Shown here: positions 13,620 through 25,900 of the stretch, in pieces
Layout: every line of letters starts with the position of its first letter
Position numbering within the stretch: position 1 is the first letter of the stretch
Source of the DNA: Octopus sinensis
Taxonomy: Eukaryota
Reading direction: 5' to 3'
Length of the DNA: 64,000 nt
NCBI RefSeq assembly: GCF_006345805.1
Contig: NC_043001.1
Span: 85,746,001 to 85,810,000, forward strand
Notes under the pieces: generated by a model
Told to the model about the DNA's origin: nothing
Databases searched by the model: none
The model's input: the letters and a program-made list of their open reading frames with translations, nothing else
Program-made: the position numbers and the translations under genes

Positions 13620-14125
13620 ATCATTCTCGCACAGAAATGGACAGAGAGGACGCTGTCCCTGAAAGGTCGGGAAATGGCGAATGCGTACATAGTTTCCGTC
13701 ATCTACTACCTCTTGGCCATCGTCCCTTGCCCTGCTTCTTGCCTGGAGCGCTTGCTCTTCCGCCTTCTGCCGAAGAGACGTGTTCCGATTGTCAGGTGAT
13801 CCCAGTGCTGTCAACAGCAACTGAGTGGAAGACTGAGCATGCCGTGGCTAATGATGCGCAGACACGCGCTGAGGCTGCGACATCTCCGGCGCTTTCTTAA
13901 CGCTGTTTGTCACACAGGATTTTCTGCAGCTCGTCTCATTGGTGGAGGTACAGTCTTGGATCAAGTGTAGACCAAGAAAGGACGTTTGGCACCTGGAATG
14001 TCGACAAGCGCTCACAGCTCTCTGCCAGTCAGGCATCGAGGTTGGTGGAAGTTTCACGATGAGTTCTCTGGGGGATTAGTGGAAGGAAAGAGCGACGACG
14101 TCCTCGGAGAAACTCTGGGCGTTGG
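13620..14125 (+). mobile_element. Tx1/L1-clade LINE ORF2 fragment (post-RT region)
   Basis: QKWTERTLSLKGREMANAYIVSVIYYLLAIVPCP...LERLLFRLL...VR*...GRLSMPWLMMRRHALRLRHL fits the L1/Tx1 pattern W..R.LS..GR...N...S...Y. Confidence 0.7.
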
Positions 14126-14959
14126 TTTTCTCCACTAATTTAGCACGCTGGGTTGAATGCTTAGCGGTATTTCATCTGTTACTATTAATCCACGAGGTTA
14201 CGACGTTGTGGGACTTTTCCTACGGTGGACGGCAAGTTTGGTGTCAAGGAATTAGTTATTCGTTCCTTTTAAAAGGCATTTTAGAGATAATTCATTTATC
14301 ACTGCATTTTTTGGGAACCAACCCCGCGCGATAAATAAAGAGAAATGTGTTGATTTTTATCCAAGACAAAAGGTTATACATTTGTGGTGAAACTGATTGC
14401 TTCCCTGTCATTATTTCACTAATATTTACTTATCGACCCCTCAGCTTTGCTTAACACGGCCCTTAGTCTACAGTATAGCTGCAGTTATACGAGTCATGCA
14501 AAATTTTCCAATGACATCAACTGATCTGCAAAAACTAGCAACCAAATCTCTCTCCAAGTACACACTACTCTATTGAAATAAAGAGAGTCACGTTGGAGGA
14601 TATAATCTCCAGATTATAGAAGAATTGGATTGTCATATTTGGAACATACTTTATCATATGAGTACTTGATCGTAACCCACCTTGGAATGAATGACAACTC
14701 TGGATATATTTCAGATCATAAAGCAAGACAAAAGATTAAAACACATATCACTTCCCTATCTGCTACGCTCATCATCAGGTTCACATACAAACCGAGTCCG
14801 AAACTTTCTGCAGCCCTTGAAACCCGCCAGATCAAGTCTCTAGGAAGGATAATTCCATTACTTGCGAATAATACGCCCAAGAATTTGTTTTATCGTCTCT
14901 AAACTCTTAAAACTCACTCACTTACTCTTCTTTTCTCTATTTTCCTCTCTTGTTAAATA

Positions 14960-15580
14960 TGCAAGTGTAAGACAGTAATGATGTGGATGACTCAGGAACT
15001 GTCAACCAACGTGTGGCACAAAACTGGTTCAGAGATTTCTTCGAATGTGACACTACTCTCGAAGAGAAACAAACGTCAGGGAGACCTTCTGACGTAGATG
15101 TGACCATGCTAGAAATGGTTGAACAACAGCCAAGCACAAGCACACATTTATTGTAAGCAAACTTGTTCCTTAAAAAAATACCTTCAATCTACACCTCTAT
15201 AAGTTTGGCCCAGAGTACACATGCTGCCTAGAAGCTCCTTATGAACTGCCCGATATCGAAGCTCAACAACGTATGAACGTTTTGCAAACGATTGCTAGCA
15301 AATCAATCGTTGAGATGCCCGATTTTGGAGTCGAATTGTAACTGAAGATGAACAACGGATCTGCTTTCGTAATCCTAATAAGAGAAATCAGTGGATTCGT
15401 TGAAGCCAGTCTTCAGAACCTGCTGTCAAACAAGGATGGTTTTGATGGAATTCTGTAGGGGCGTTGCACTTTTTGCTTGACCAAAATTGTCATACTGTGG
15501 ACGCTAAACTTTATGCTCAACAACTGCAGCGTGTGTATAATTCTTTGAAAGCCCGCAAGTCAGCATTAGTCAATAATGAC
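14960..15580 (+). mobile_element. degenerate mariner transposase fragment
   Basis: AQNWFRDF..SGRPSDVD..MVEQQPSTST; PYEL; SRIVTEDEQRICFRNP; LYAQQLQRV with many disruptions. Confidence 0.65.
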
Positions 15581-15769
15581 AGAAAGTGCTCAGAGCAATG
15601 CTAGACATGGCCATACCTGCCAGACTCACCAATAGAACCGTCTTGGCTCAGTGGTTAGAGCGCTGTGTTAGTCTTATGTGCAAGTGAAGTGTGGGCTACT
15701 GCGAAAAGTGAGGAAGATCAATTGGCTACAATGAAAATGGTCAGAAAATAATCCATGCGAGGAATATCA

Positions 15770-16030
15770 TTGCAAGAGCATATACAAAAATGAAATGATT
15801 CGGAAAAGGAGGGGAAAGAACGACATGATCGCAGAATACTGAAAGAACAAGTACCGTACGCCCAGATTTATTGTAAGATCCACAGAGTAATTATGGACTC
15901 GTGTAGTTGCCGAGTAATATCCAAGAGATCCGAAAAGGCAGCTCAGAAGACGATTTAGTTAACGATTTGAGCAAAGCGTGAAAGAAATATCGCAATCAAG
16001 AAAGAATTGAAACTGCATTGTAACCAGCGA
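15770..16030 (+). mobile_element. degenerate RTE-clade LINE 3' fragment
   Basis: VAE*YPRDPKR resembles the RTE C-terminal motif EWYPR..KR.RGRP. Confidence 0.4.
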
Positions 16031-16237
16031 TGTATTACATTTGATTGACTGGTCGATACAGTGATACAGCGATATATCCATACATACATACATATACATA
16101 TGATTGTATATATATATATATATATACGTGTGTGTGTGTGTGTGCGTGCGTGCTTGTGTGTGTATCTGTATATATATTTATATGTATATGTATATATGAA
16201 TATATATTTATATATGACTATATATATATATATATAT

Positions 16238-16337
<100 letters not shown>

Positions 16338-19300
16338 GAGAAGACACCGGGGACGTTTAAGATGTAAGAAGGAAAATACAGAGCTCCGAAATCTATCCAC
16401 AAACATCGAAAACAAGGACACCCTATGGAGCCAAAGATTTACTAACAAAGAATTGGACAATATCCGAGTAAGTAATACGAAGTGAAATTTATTACTATTT
16501 TCGAAACGAAATGATGTATTTTGACTCGATATTATCTCCACCTCTAACACAACACATGTAAACATGCGTGGAACAACACGATCATCCCCGACCTCAAACA
16601 CCATGTACAAAGGAACTACGAAGAAATTAAATGCCACCGATACTATTCAACCCAAGAATAACAATCGAGCGGTACGTACATTAAACCTACAACAAAAAAT
16701 GTACGAAAAACTACACGTGCGAAAGAATGTGACAACAGAAATAAACGGACCGGTACCCTACGAAAATGACGACCGTCAAAATAATGGGCTGGACGTTGTA
16801 CCTCATGTCCCGCAATTAAAACCCAAAAGACGTAAATGGACACGTGAGGAATACATTTCTATCTTACACGCATACTTCACAGCAATGCTCTACCCACAAA
16901 ATGAAAATACAACAACACATACATATAAAATATGGAAGGAAAATAATAGAGATATAGACTTGGATACAGCAATGAACCCTAATAAATTAGCTAACGTACG
17001 AAGATACATTCTCAAAGCCAAAAAAATATCAGAAATAGAAATAGAACATTTAAAAGAAAAAATACACCAGGAAAATGTAGATAGAAGCCACACAACAATG
17101 CCCAATAATATAAACACTGAAACTGTAAAACACGAAGACAAACGCAACATTCCCAACAAACACGATGTAAACAACGAAGGGGAGCCTAATGATTATGATA
17201 ATATGAAAAATAAAATAATCAAAGAACTAAAAACCACAGAGCTCAAAATGGACCACCGACCATACCTCCCAAGAATAAAAATAAACGCAATAACAACACC
17301 AATTATAAACAACATAAACCTAGCCGTCACTGAACTAGCCACTGAAACAAAAAAAAGTGATATCACTGAACTAAATGACTTGATATACGCAGCAGCCACT
17401 GCAGCCACAAAAGAAGTTGGATACTCACCCAAACCCGACCAAACAGGAGTACCACCACCCAAACAAACCCTGTGGAAAAATAACATCCAAAACAAAATAA
17501 AAAAAATTAGAAAAGACCTGTCGATTCTTAATGAAATCAGCAAACAAGCAACGCTACTGAGCAACAAAAAGAGAACAAAAATGCTCCGCAAATATAACAT
17601 CACAGAAAAAGATTTGCCGGAGATAAAAGAAAAGCTGAAGCAAGATATCCTTGCCAAAGCTCAAAGGATCCGCCGGTACGAGAAACGCCAACGCTTCTTT
17701 GAACAGAACAAAAAGTTCAACTCCGACCCCAAAAAGTTCTACCAAGAACTGGGCAAAAATAAAATAGAAGTCACTGCAGCACCAACGGCAGAAGAATTGG
17801 AAGAATTCTGGAAAGAAATATGGTCGGCGAACGAACAGCCAAAAAAAGGAGTATCAAAATAACAAACTAGGCATCTGAACAACTTTGGACCCCCATAACA
17901 ACTGAAGAGGTCACCCAGGCACTGCAAAAACTAAGCAACTGGAAGGCACCTGGGCATGACAAGATCCCCAACTTCTGGTTGAAATATCTAACAGGAATGC
18001 ACAAAAAGCTGGCTGAAAACTTTAACAGCATACTAGCAGAGCCAGAGACAATGCTTGAATGGCTCACGAAGGGGAAAACCAGCTTAATTCCCAAATCAAA
18101 TGAAACAACAAAACCAGAAAACTACAGACCAATAACCTGCCTCCCTACTATGTTCAAAGCATTTACTGCAGTGATATCGCAAAGGCCGAACAAGCACCTG
18201 GACGAAAACAAACTGTTCCCAGAAGAGCAGAAAGGATGCCGCAAGGGCTCATATGGCTGTAAAGATCAACTAATGATTAATAAAGCCGTAACTGAAGACA
18301 GCCACAGAAAGAAGAAAGGCCTCAGTATGGCCTGGATTGACTACAAAAAGGCGTTTGATAGCATCCCCCACACATGGATCCTCGAAACACTAGCCATTAA
18401 CAAAGTAGCACCAGCAATCATAAAATTCATAGAGCACTCTATGAATAAATGGCAAACAGTCCTACACCTCCAAACAAAAGAGGAACTCTTGAAAACCAAA
18501 GACATCCCCATTAGAAGAGGAATATTCCAGGGAGACATGCTCTCTCCACTCCTTTTCTGCTTGGCACTGTCACTTCTATCTGATATGCTAAATAGAACTG
18601 GATGCGGATATAAATGTTACGGCAAAACGATCAGCCACCTTTTATATATGGATGACCTAAAACTATACGCTGCAAATGACAAACAGCTGGAAACACTATT
18701 AAAGACAGTTCATGGATTTACCAAAGAAATAGATATGAAATTTGGATTAGAAAAATGCGCCAAAGTAACCATGAATAGAGGAAAACTAGTTAAGAGTAAC
18801 AACATCACACTAGATAAAACCAATGAAATAAAAGAATTAGACCAAAGCCAAACTTACAAATACTTAGGAATCCATGAACTAGATAAGACACAACACACTC
18901 AAATGAAAGAGAAAATAAGAAAAGAATATTATAGACGAGTTAGATCAATACTAAAAACAGAGCTCAATGCTAAAAACAAGATAATAGGTATCAACACTTT
19001 AGCTGTCCCAGTTATAAGTTACAGCTACAATATCCTTAACTGGACACGAAATGAACTGTCCAAAATAGATAGGAAAACAAGAAAAATACTGACAGGATCT
19101 AGGATGCATCACCCAAAATCTGACATAGAAAGACTATATATACAACGTATAGAAGGTGGTAGAGGCCTTATACAGCTGGAAAACTACTATAAAATAACCA
19201 CCATAGGACTGCAAAAATACCTACTTCAGAAAGAAGGAAAACTGATCCAGATAGCAGCAAGACATGAGCAAAACAAAAAACTGTTCTCAGTATTTAAGGA

Positions 19301-20301
19301 AGCTGACAAATACAAACAAGAAATCATACCACCTAATAAACACAAAGAAGAAGAAGAAGATGATGAAGAAACAACAAAAGCTATAAAACAAATGAAATCC
19401 AAACTAAAAATAGAACAGCAACGAGCCATGATAAAACGATGGCAAGAAAAACCCCTTCATGGTAAATACTGCACTAAACTAAACGCAAAAGAAATAGACA
19501 AAGAAAAATCCCAGCAATGGTTGAGAAGCTCAGGACTCAAAGCAGAAACAGAGGGATTTTTAATTGCAGTACAAGACTAAAGCCTCCCCACCAGAAATTA
19601 CCAAAAACATGTAATGAAAAGGAATATTACAAGTAACTGCAGAATATGTGGAGATGGACAAGAAACAATAAATCATATTATCTCTAGCTGCCCAGTCCTG
19701 GCTAAGAAGGAATATATTCACAGACATGACAGAGTTGGAACCTACATACATTGGAAGCTATGCCAACATTATGGAATAACAACAGAAAAAATATGGTATA
19801 GGCACACACCAGAAAAGGTTACAGAAAACGAGAAAGCAACCATACTCTGGGATATGCCGATACACACAGATAGAGAAATTAAGGCCAACAGACCAGATAT
19901 AGTTGTCAGAGATCATGAAGAAAAAAAATACTTTCTAATTGATGTATCAATACCGGCAGATGACAACGTGTCTCTAAAAGAAATGGAGAAACTCTCAAAA
20001 TACAAAGACCTGGAAATAGAGGTAACTAGGATGTGGAATCTGAAAACAGAAACAATTCCTATCATAGTAGGTGCATTAGGCATGATAAAAAAATATTCAG
20101 ACAAATACATAACAAAAACACCAGGACTTACAAACACATATAACATACAGAAAATTGCACTACTAGGCACTGCACACATCCTACGCAGAACACTTTCCAT
20201 ACAATAACCATCAGAGCATCACAACAAATCACAGCACATACCCAAGGCACACAGAGCTGCGCTCGGTAGTGAAGTGAAAGCACGCTATAAAAATAAAACT
20301 A

Positions 20302-20304
<3 letters not shown>
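16338..20304 (+). mobile_element. near-full-length R4/Dong-clade non-LTR retrotransposon (family A), inactivated
   Basis: N-terminal RRKWTREE domain (ORF 16564-17862); RT motifs NYRPITCL, AWIDYKKAFDS, GIFQGDMLSPLLF, LLYMDDLKL, YKYLG; CCHC knuckle CRICGDGQETINHIISSC; RHD and REL motif RPDIVV..IDVS..K..KY. One frameshift near 17840-17880 and a TAA at 19578-80. (AAT)n on both sides. Confidence 0.93.
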
Positions 20305-20356
<52 letters not shown>

Positions 20357-20359
<3 letters not shown>

Positions 20360-20913
20360 GCCCTGATGCAGTACCAGGCAGTGGCTCTCATGGCTTCTGA
20401 TCTTAACAGATTGGAAGTGTTATCATGTACATTGTTTTGTCTTGGTATAAAAGATGGGCTACAGCAAATAGTCTGCTCAATACCACAGATTTGCTTGTCA
20501 GTTGTTTGACCATAACAAATTGAGCATGTCCCTTAGTGGCTGACGATATGTGCATCTCTGATCACGAGCAGAGGTAGTGGGGGAGCATCATAGCCATGTG
20601 TTGAGAGGGATTCTTTGAGGTTTGAATAATTCACCTCTGGAAACATAGGTGGTTCTTTCAACATCCTTAAATAACCCTTATTCAGGGACCTTTTGAGCGG
20701 GATGGGCTACTCAACCTGAAGAAAATTCTAACTGGGCCCCACCTGCAAGGTCTTGTGCTATTTATATTGATATGAGATCACCATGTCGCGCACATATGGT
20801 TGTGATGCATGTGCCTGGTGTCCCCTTATCAGACGGGTAGTCATGATGGGTGTATTGGGCTTCGTATATTTTACCCCAGTGTCACTTTGATGGCATGAAC
20901 TGCTCTCTCACTC
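20357..20913 (+). mobile_element. ~555-bp non-coding interspersed repeat bounded by (AAT)n on both sides (second, diverged copy at 41292-41818)
   Basis: (AAT)17 at 20305-20355 and (AAT)6 at 20914-20931; collinear homology with 41292-41818; no long ORF, no TIR, no A/B box seen. Confidence 0.7.
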
Positions 20914-21016
20914 AATAATAATAATAATAATATGACGACAAATGAATGAATGAGACCTCGATATTATGTAAAATAGAGGAATTTATCTATAAATATAATA
21001 TATGACAATTAGTTGG

Positions 21017-21090
21017 TTGTCATAATAAAACTCAGAGTTTCGGATACTGGGCTGAAGTCTGCTCCGGCATCTCATCAGTTATTAAGACAA
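21017..21090 (-). ncRNA. type I hammerhead ribozyme motif (Penelope-type), intact core
   Basis: minus strand: stem I UUGUCUUAAUAA/UUAUUAUGACAA (11 of 12 pairs), CUGAUGA, stem II, C-GAAAC, near-palindromic stem III ACUCUGAGU, GUU cleavage triplet. Confidence 0.7.
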
Positions 21091-21108
21091 ATGCACATCT
21101 AAAGAGCT

Positions 21109-21183
21109 TTGTCTTAATATCTGGTGAGATGCCGGAGCAGATTTCAGCTCTGGTATCCGAAACACTGAGTTTTATTATGACAT
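21109..21183 (+). ncRNA. second hammerhead copy in inverted orientation, core mutated (CUGGUGA)
   Basis: 11-bp stem II GAUGCCGGAGC/GCUCUGGUAUC followed by CGAAAC; core A6 changed to G. Confidence 0.55.
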
Positions 21184-21199
21184 CCATCTAATTGTCACG

Positions 21200-21425
21200 T
21201 CTTCATCATCATCCTAGTCAGATGTCGCACTATGCCATGCTGTGGTCATCACGATGTCTGGCCACCTTCTCCTGCCTTCTACCCGTGGACAGCTGAGAAT
21301 AAAGACAATCCTGTGGCTGCGATGTCTTTCAGCCAAGAAGTGGGTGATCTGCCTCTTTTACGTCTGCCGTTCACCTTGCCAGTTATGATCGTTCGCTCAA
21401 GTCCATCCTGAAGTAGCCTTATCTT
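21200..21425 (-). mobile_element. RTE-clade LINE 3' end
   Basis: LERTIITGKVNGRRKRGRSPTSWLKDI; (GAT)n-like tail. Confidence 0.7.
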
Positions 21426-22059
21426 AATATTGTCACATATTATATATATATATGTATAAAATATATAAACACAAGTATACATGCATACACACACAGACAT
21501 AAACATAGAGATACTTATGTACTGACTTTTGCATTAGTAATACTGCTTATCTACTTATAAATATTACAACATAAGGACTAAGAAAACAAAGTAATACCTG
21601 TAATAAATTATGTTAAACGAAACTTAAAATGAGTGGTTAAATGTAGACTCGGAAATTAGGAAAGGATTAATGAGAACGTGTGCGTGATATGAAATCAGAA
21701 GAATGAATGGGAATGTCTCTAATATCATTATTTGACGTCACAATAAACACTATTCTTTGAATGACATGAACCACATCAAATGCCAACTTATGTAAGAAAA
21801 GTCATGTGAATTGTATATTTTTCTTTCTTTCTCTGGTAGTACACTAACCGTCGAAGATACGTATAACCTCGTTCTTAAAAGGAAAAAAAGAAATGTAATG
21901 AAAATACTATTAAACAAATAAAATATACGTAATGAAAAATTCAAAGAACAAAATAATCCAATTGAATGATTATGTCACCAAGTGTAGTTGCGTTAATTAT
22001 ACCAAATGTCCTGCTAATTCTCTCTTGTTGATCTACCAATTCCAAATTTTGGCTCGAAA

Positions 22060-22254
22060 ACTATGTCTCATTAGCAATGACTAACACCCATAGGTAAGTC
22101 TGCCTTTATGTATACATTTATATATTTATATAGACCCACAAGCACATGTATATATATAACCTCCGTTCCAGGTTGTCTTCATAACACTGTTAAGTCAGAG
22201 CAGCATAAATAGTATTTCCAGACCGACGCCGTAAGAGCATCAAACAATCCAACC
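22060..22254 (+). promoter_or_regulatory. candidate S-crystallin proximal promoter/5' UTR: AP-1-like sites and TATA-like box
   Basis: TGTCTCA (22064-22070) and TGACTAA (22078-22084) resemble AP-1 sites; TATATATATAA at 22149-22159, ~95 nt upstream of ATG. Squid S-crystallin promoters are known to have a TATA box plus an AP-1/ARE-like element. Confidence 0.4.
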
Positions 22255-22387
22255 ATGCCTAACTACACTCTCCACTACTTCAACCATCGTGGCCGTGCTG
22301 AGGTCTGCCGTATGCTGTTCGCAGCTGCCGGTGTCAAGTACAATGACCGCAGGATCGAATATTCAGAATGGAACAACATGAGAAGTA
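22255..22387 (+). CDS. S-crystallin coding exon 1 (M1-S44, phase 1 end)
   Basis: ATG at 22255 in context aaccATGc; [26 protein letters not shown]...; donor A|GTAAGT at 22388. Confidence 0.95.
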
Positions 22388-22514
22388 GTAAGTACCCTAA
22401 TGTATATTAGACATACACATACATATATACATCCATCCATCCACACATACATACATATATATGAATGTATGTGCATATATACATGTGTATATAAAATATA
22501 CATAAACATATATG

Positions 22515-22553
<39 letters not shown>

Positions 22554-22929
22554 TTATATATGCACATACACAAGTATATATGTGTATGCATAAATATACT
22601 TTACCTACATACAATTATATCAATATATATATATATATATATGTGTGTATCTATATATATATATATATATACACACAAACACACACACACTCATATAAAT
22701 ATATATGTCGTATGTAAGTGACGTGGAGGGGAAGATACATCACTAAAACTCTTGCTAGCCCATTGCAGATTTTCCACTATCTCATTTTAAGCTGCTCATA
22801 CGCGTTACTTGGGACAAGAATTGAACTCACATCCTAAATATCAACAACCCATATCATAAGACCATACGCCTTCATTAGCATATATTTCTTTGTTTGCACA
22901 CATGCAATCGTATACACGTATATAATATG

Positions 22930-22979
<50 letters not shown>

Positions 22980-25900
22980 GATATATATATACATTTATAC
23001 ATACATACATACATACATACATACATACATACATACATACATACATACATACATACATACATACATACATACATAGGAATACTGGTTGAATGGACCAGTA
23101 AAGACTGAATAAAATGTAAACACAACAGACCTGATATAATGATTTGAGATAGAAATGTTTAACTGGGCACATTTGTCGATATTAGCTGCCCAGCTGATGT
23201 TAACAGAACACCTTTGCTGAACTATTGAGAAATCTGTAGTTATTCTATCCAGATTACAAGTTCAGGTTTATACCTGCAATTATTTGGGCCCTAGGATATA
23301 TAGCACAGTGCTTCTCAAAACCATAAAGAAGAAAACTAATTCGAGGATTACAGATCCAGTCTATTACTGGACTTGTACATACCTGTATCACTAGAGCTGT
23401 ACATATCTGTAAAACTTTCCAGAAGTTTATCATTTAAATATATGTGAGCATGTCTCGATATACAACTATATGCATGAGAATACATACATACATACATACA
23501 TACATACATACATACATACATACATACAACACATATATACAAACATAAATACTCTGTTGTTCATGTTGAAATTTCAATAAAGGAGCCTTAGATCTAGGTT
23601 AGAAACCGGTTCTTAGTCTATTGGCAAGAAATCTTGAAATAAACTGAATAATGGCATACATACATATATACATACATACATAATACATACATACATACAT
23701 ACATACATACATACATACATAGGAATACTGGTTGAATGGACCAGTAAAGACTGAATAAAATGTAAACACAACAGACCTGATATAATGATTTGAGATAGAA
23801 ATGTTTAACTGGGCACATTTGTCGATATTAGCTGCCCAGCTGATGTTAACAGAACACCTTTGCTGAACTATTGAGAAATCTGTAGTTATTCTATCCAGAT
23901 TACAAGTTCAGGTTTATACCTGCAATTATTTGGGCCCTAGGATATATAGCACAGTGCTTCTCAAAACCATAAAGAAGAAAACTAATTCGAGGATTACAGA
24001 TCCAGTCTATCACTGGACTTGTACATACCTGTATCACTAGAGCTGTACATATCTGTAAAACTTTCCAGAAGTTTATCATTTAAATATATGTGAGCATGTC
24101 TCGATATACAACTATATGCATGAGAATACATACATACATACATACATACATACATACATACATACATACATACAACACATATATACAAACATAAATACTC
24201 TGTTGTTCATGTTGAAATTTCAATAAAGGAGCCTTAGATCTAGGTTAGAAACCGGTTCTTAGTCTATTGGCAAGAAATCTTGAAATAAACTGAATAATGG
24301 CATACATACATATATACATACATACATAATACATACATACATACATACATACATACATACATACATAGGAATACTGGTTGAATGGACCAGTAAAGACTGA
24401 ATAAAATGTAAACACAACAGACCTGATATAATGATTTGAGATAGAAATGTTTAACTGGGCACATTTGTCGATATTAGCTGCCCAGCTGATGTTAACAGAA
24501 CACCTTTGCTGAACTATTGAGAAATCTGTAGTTATTCTATCCAGATTACAAGTTCAGGTTTATACCTGCAATTATTTGGGCCCTAGGATATATAGCACAG
24601 TGCTTCTCAAAACCATAAAGAAGAAAACTAATTCGAGGATTACAGATCCAGTCTATCACTGGACTTGTACATACCTGTATCACTAGAGCTGTACATATCT
24701 GTAAAACTTTCCAGAAGTTTATCATTTAAATATATGTGAGCATGTCTCGATATACAACTATATGCATGAGAATACATACATACATACATACATACATACA
24801 TACATACATACATACATACATACATACATACATAATACATACATACATACAACACATATATACAAACATAAATACTCTGTTGTTCATGTTGAAATTTCAA
24901 TAAAGGAGCCTTAGATCTAGGTTAGAAACCGGTTCTTAGTCTATTGGCAAGAAATCTTGAAATAAACTGAATAATGGCATACATACATATATACATACAT
25001 ACATACATACATACATAAATACATGCGCTTATGTACGAGGTCCAACGTTTTAAGTATTGTGGGATAGCTCGTCAGCCACTATCATTTACAAGTCTGCTCT
25101 GATCAGGTGTTGTGGCACTTGGTAAGTTTCCTGCAAAGTACTGATTTGCGCGTCACGAAAATGTTCCCGGGAGACGATTGCTAGGAGACACTCCAACGGA
25201 CCTAGGACAGATGAAACTCCACCATCTCTGTAGCTGCTCATCGAATTTATAGTAATTCCATGTAAATTCTGTGTCCCGATAACTACTGTTCTTCTGGCGC
25301 TTGTACCAGAGCAATATAAGTTTGGAAGTTGAAAGTGTAGGACTGGTTCTCTACAGACCATCGCCACTATAATGATATTCCTCATGCAGGTTGTTCAGCA
25401 AATCAAGAACTCCCAACATTAGTACCATCACACTTGCTTGACCATTGAACTAACATCGCAGTACAGCAAGCTGCATCATGCAGAAGTGTTGATGAGGGAG
25501 TCCACCTTCCACATCATAAAATCCTTGCTTGTATTTTAATGGATTGTGATTAGCTTCTAGATTAAAACTACTAAACAATTTCTACTCTGGTGACTTGTAT
25601 GGATGCGGTACTTTGCTATGCAAATGTAAAGTATATTAAACGTTTTTGTAAGCTAATACCGAGCTTTACTGTGTTATCAGTGCTCATACATTAGTTGTTA
25701 ACATTATTTCTACAGATTTTCTACAGAAATTATAGCCAACACTGAAATGTCATAATAAAATCGGTGCTGTCTATAATTTCTACAATATATCTATAGAGAT
25801 AACTTCAACAGATTTCCAATCTGAATATGTTCGTTACATTGTTGCTTGGGGAGAAATTTCAGAGAATAGATCAAATCTTTAAGATTATATTGAGTATCGT

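Noticed and set aside
16338-16563. Search for an HDV-like ribozyme at the Dong 5' end
   Set aside because: I could not build a nested double pseudoknot by eye; the region may be coding or slightly 5'-truncated.
20360-20375. CTGATGC in the 555-bp element as a hammerhead core
   Set aside because: The core needs CUGANGA and a downstream GAAA after stem II; neither is present.
23074-25016. Repeated ORFs in the 646-bp array (23348, 23994, 24640; 23618, 24264) and a possible CRISPR-like reading
   Set aside because: Whole units repeat with no variable spacers, the context is a eukaryotic intron, and the ORFs begin in (CATA)n.
25040-25500. Possible decayed Ty3/gypsy RNase H (TDHR-like motif at ~25353)
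   Set aside because: Only one short motif with stops in all frames; not supportable without a search.
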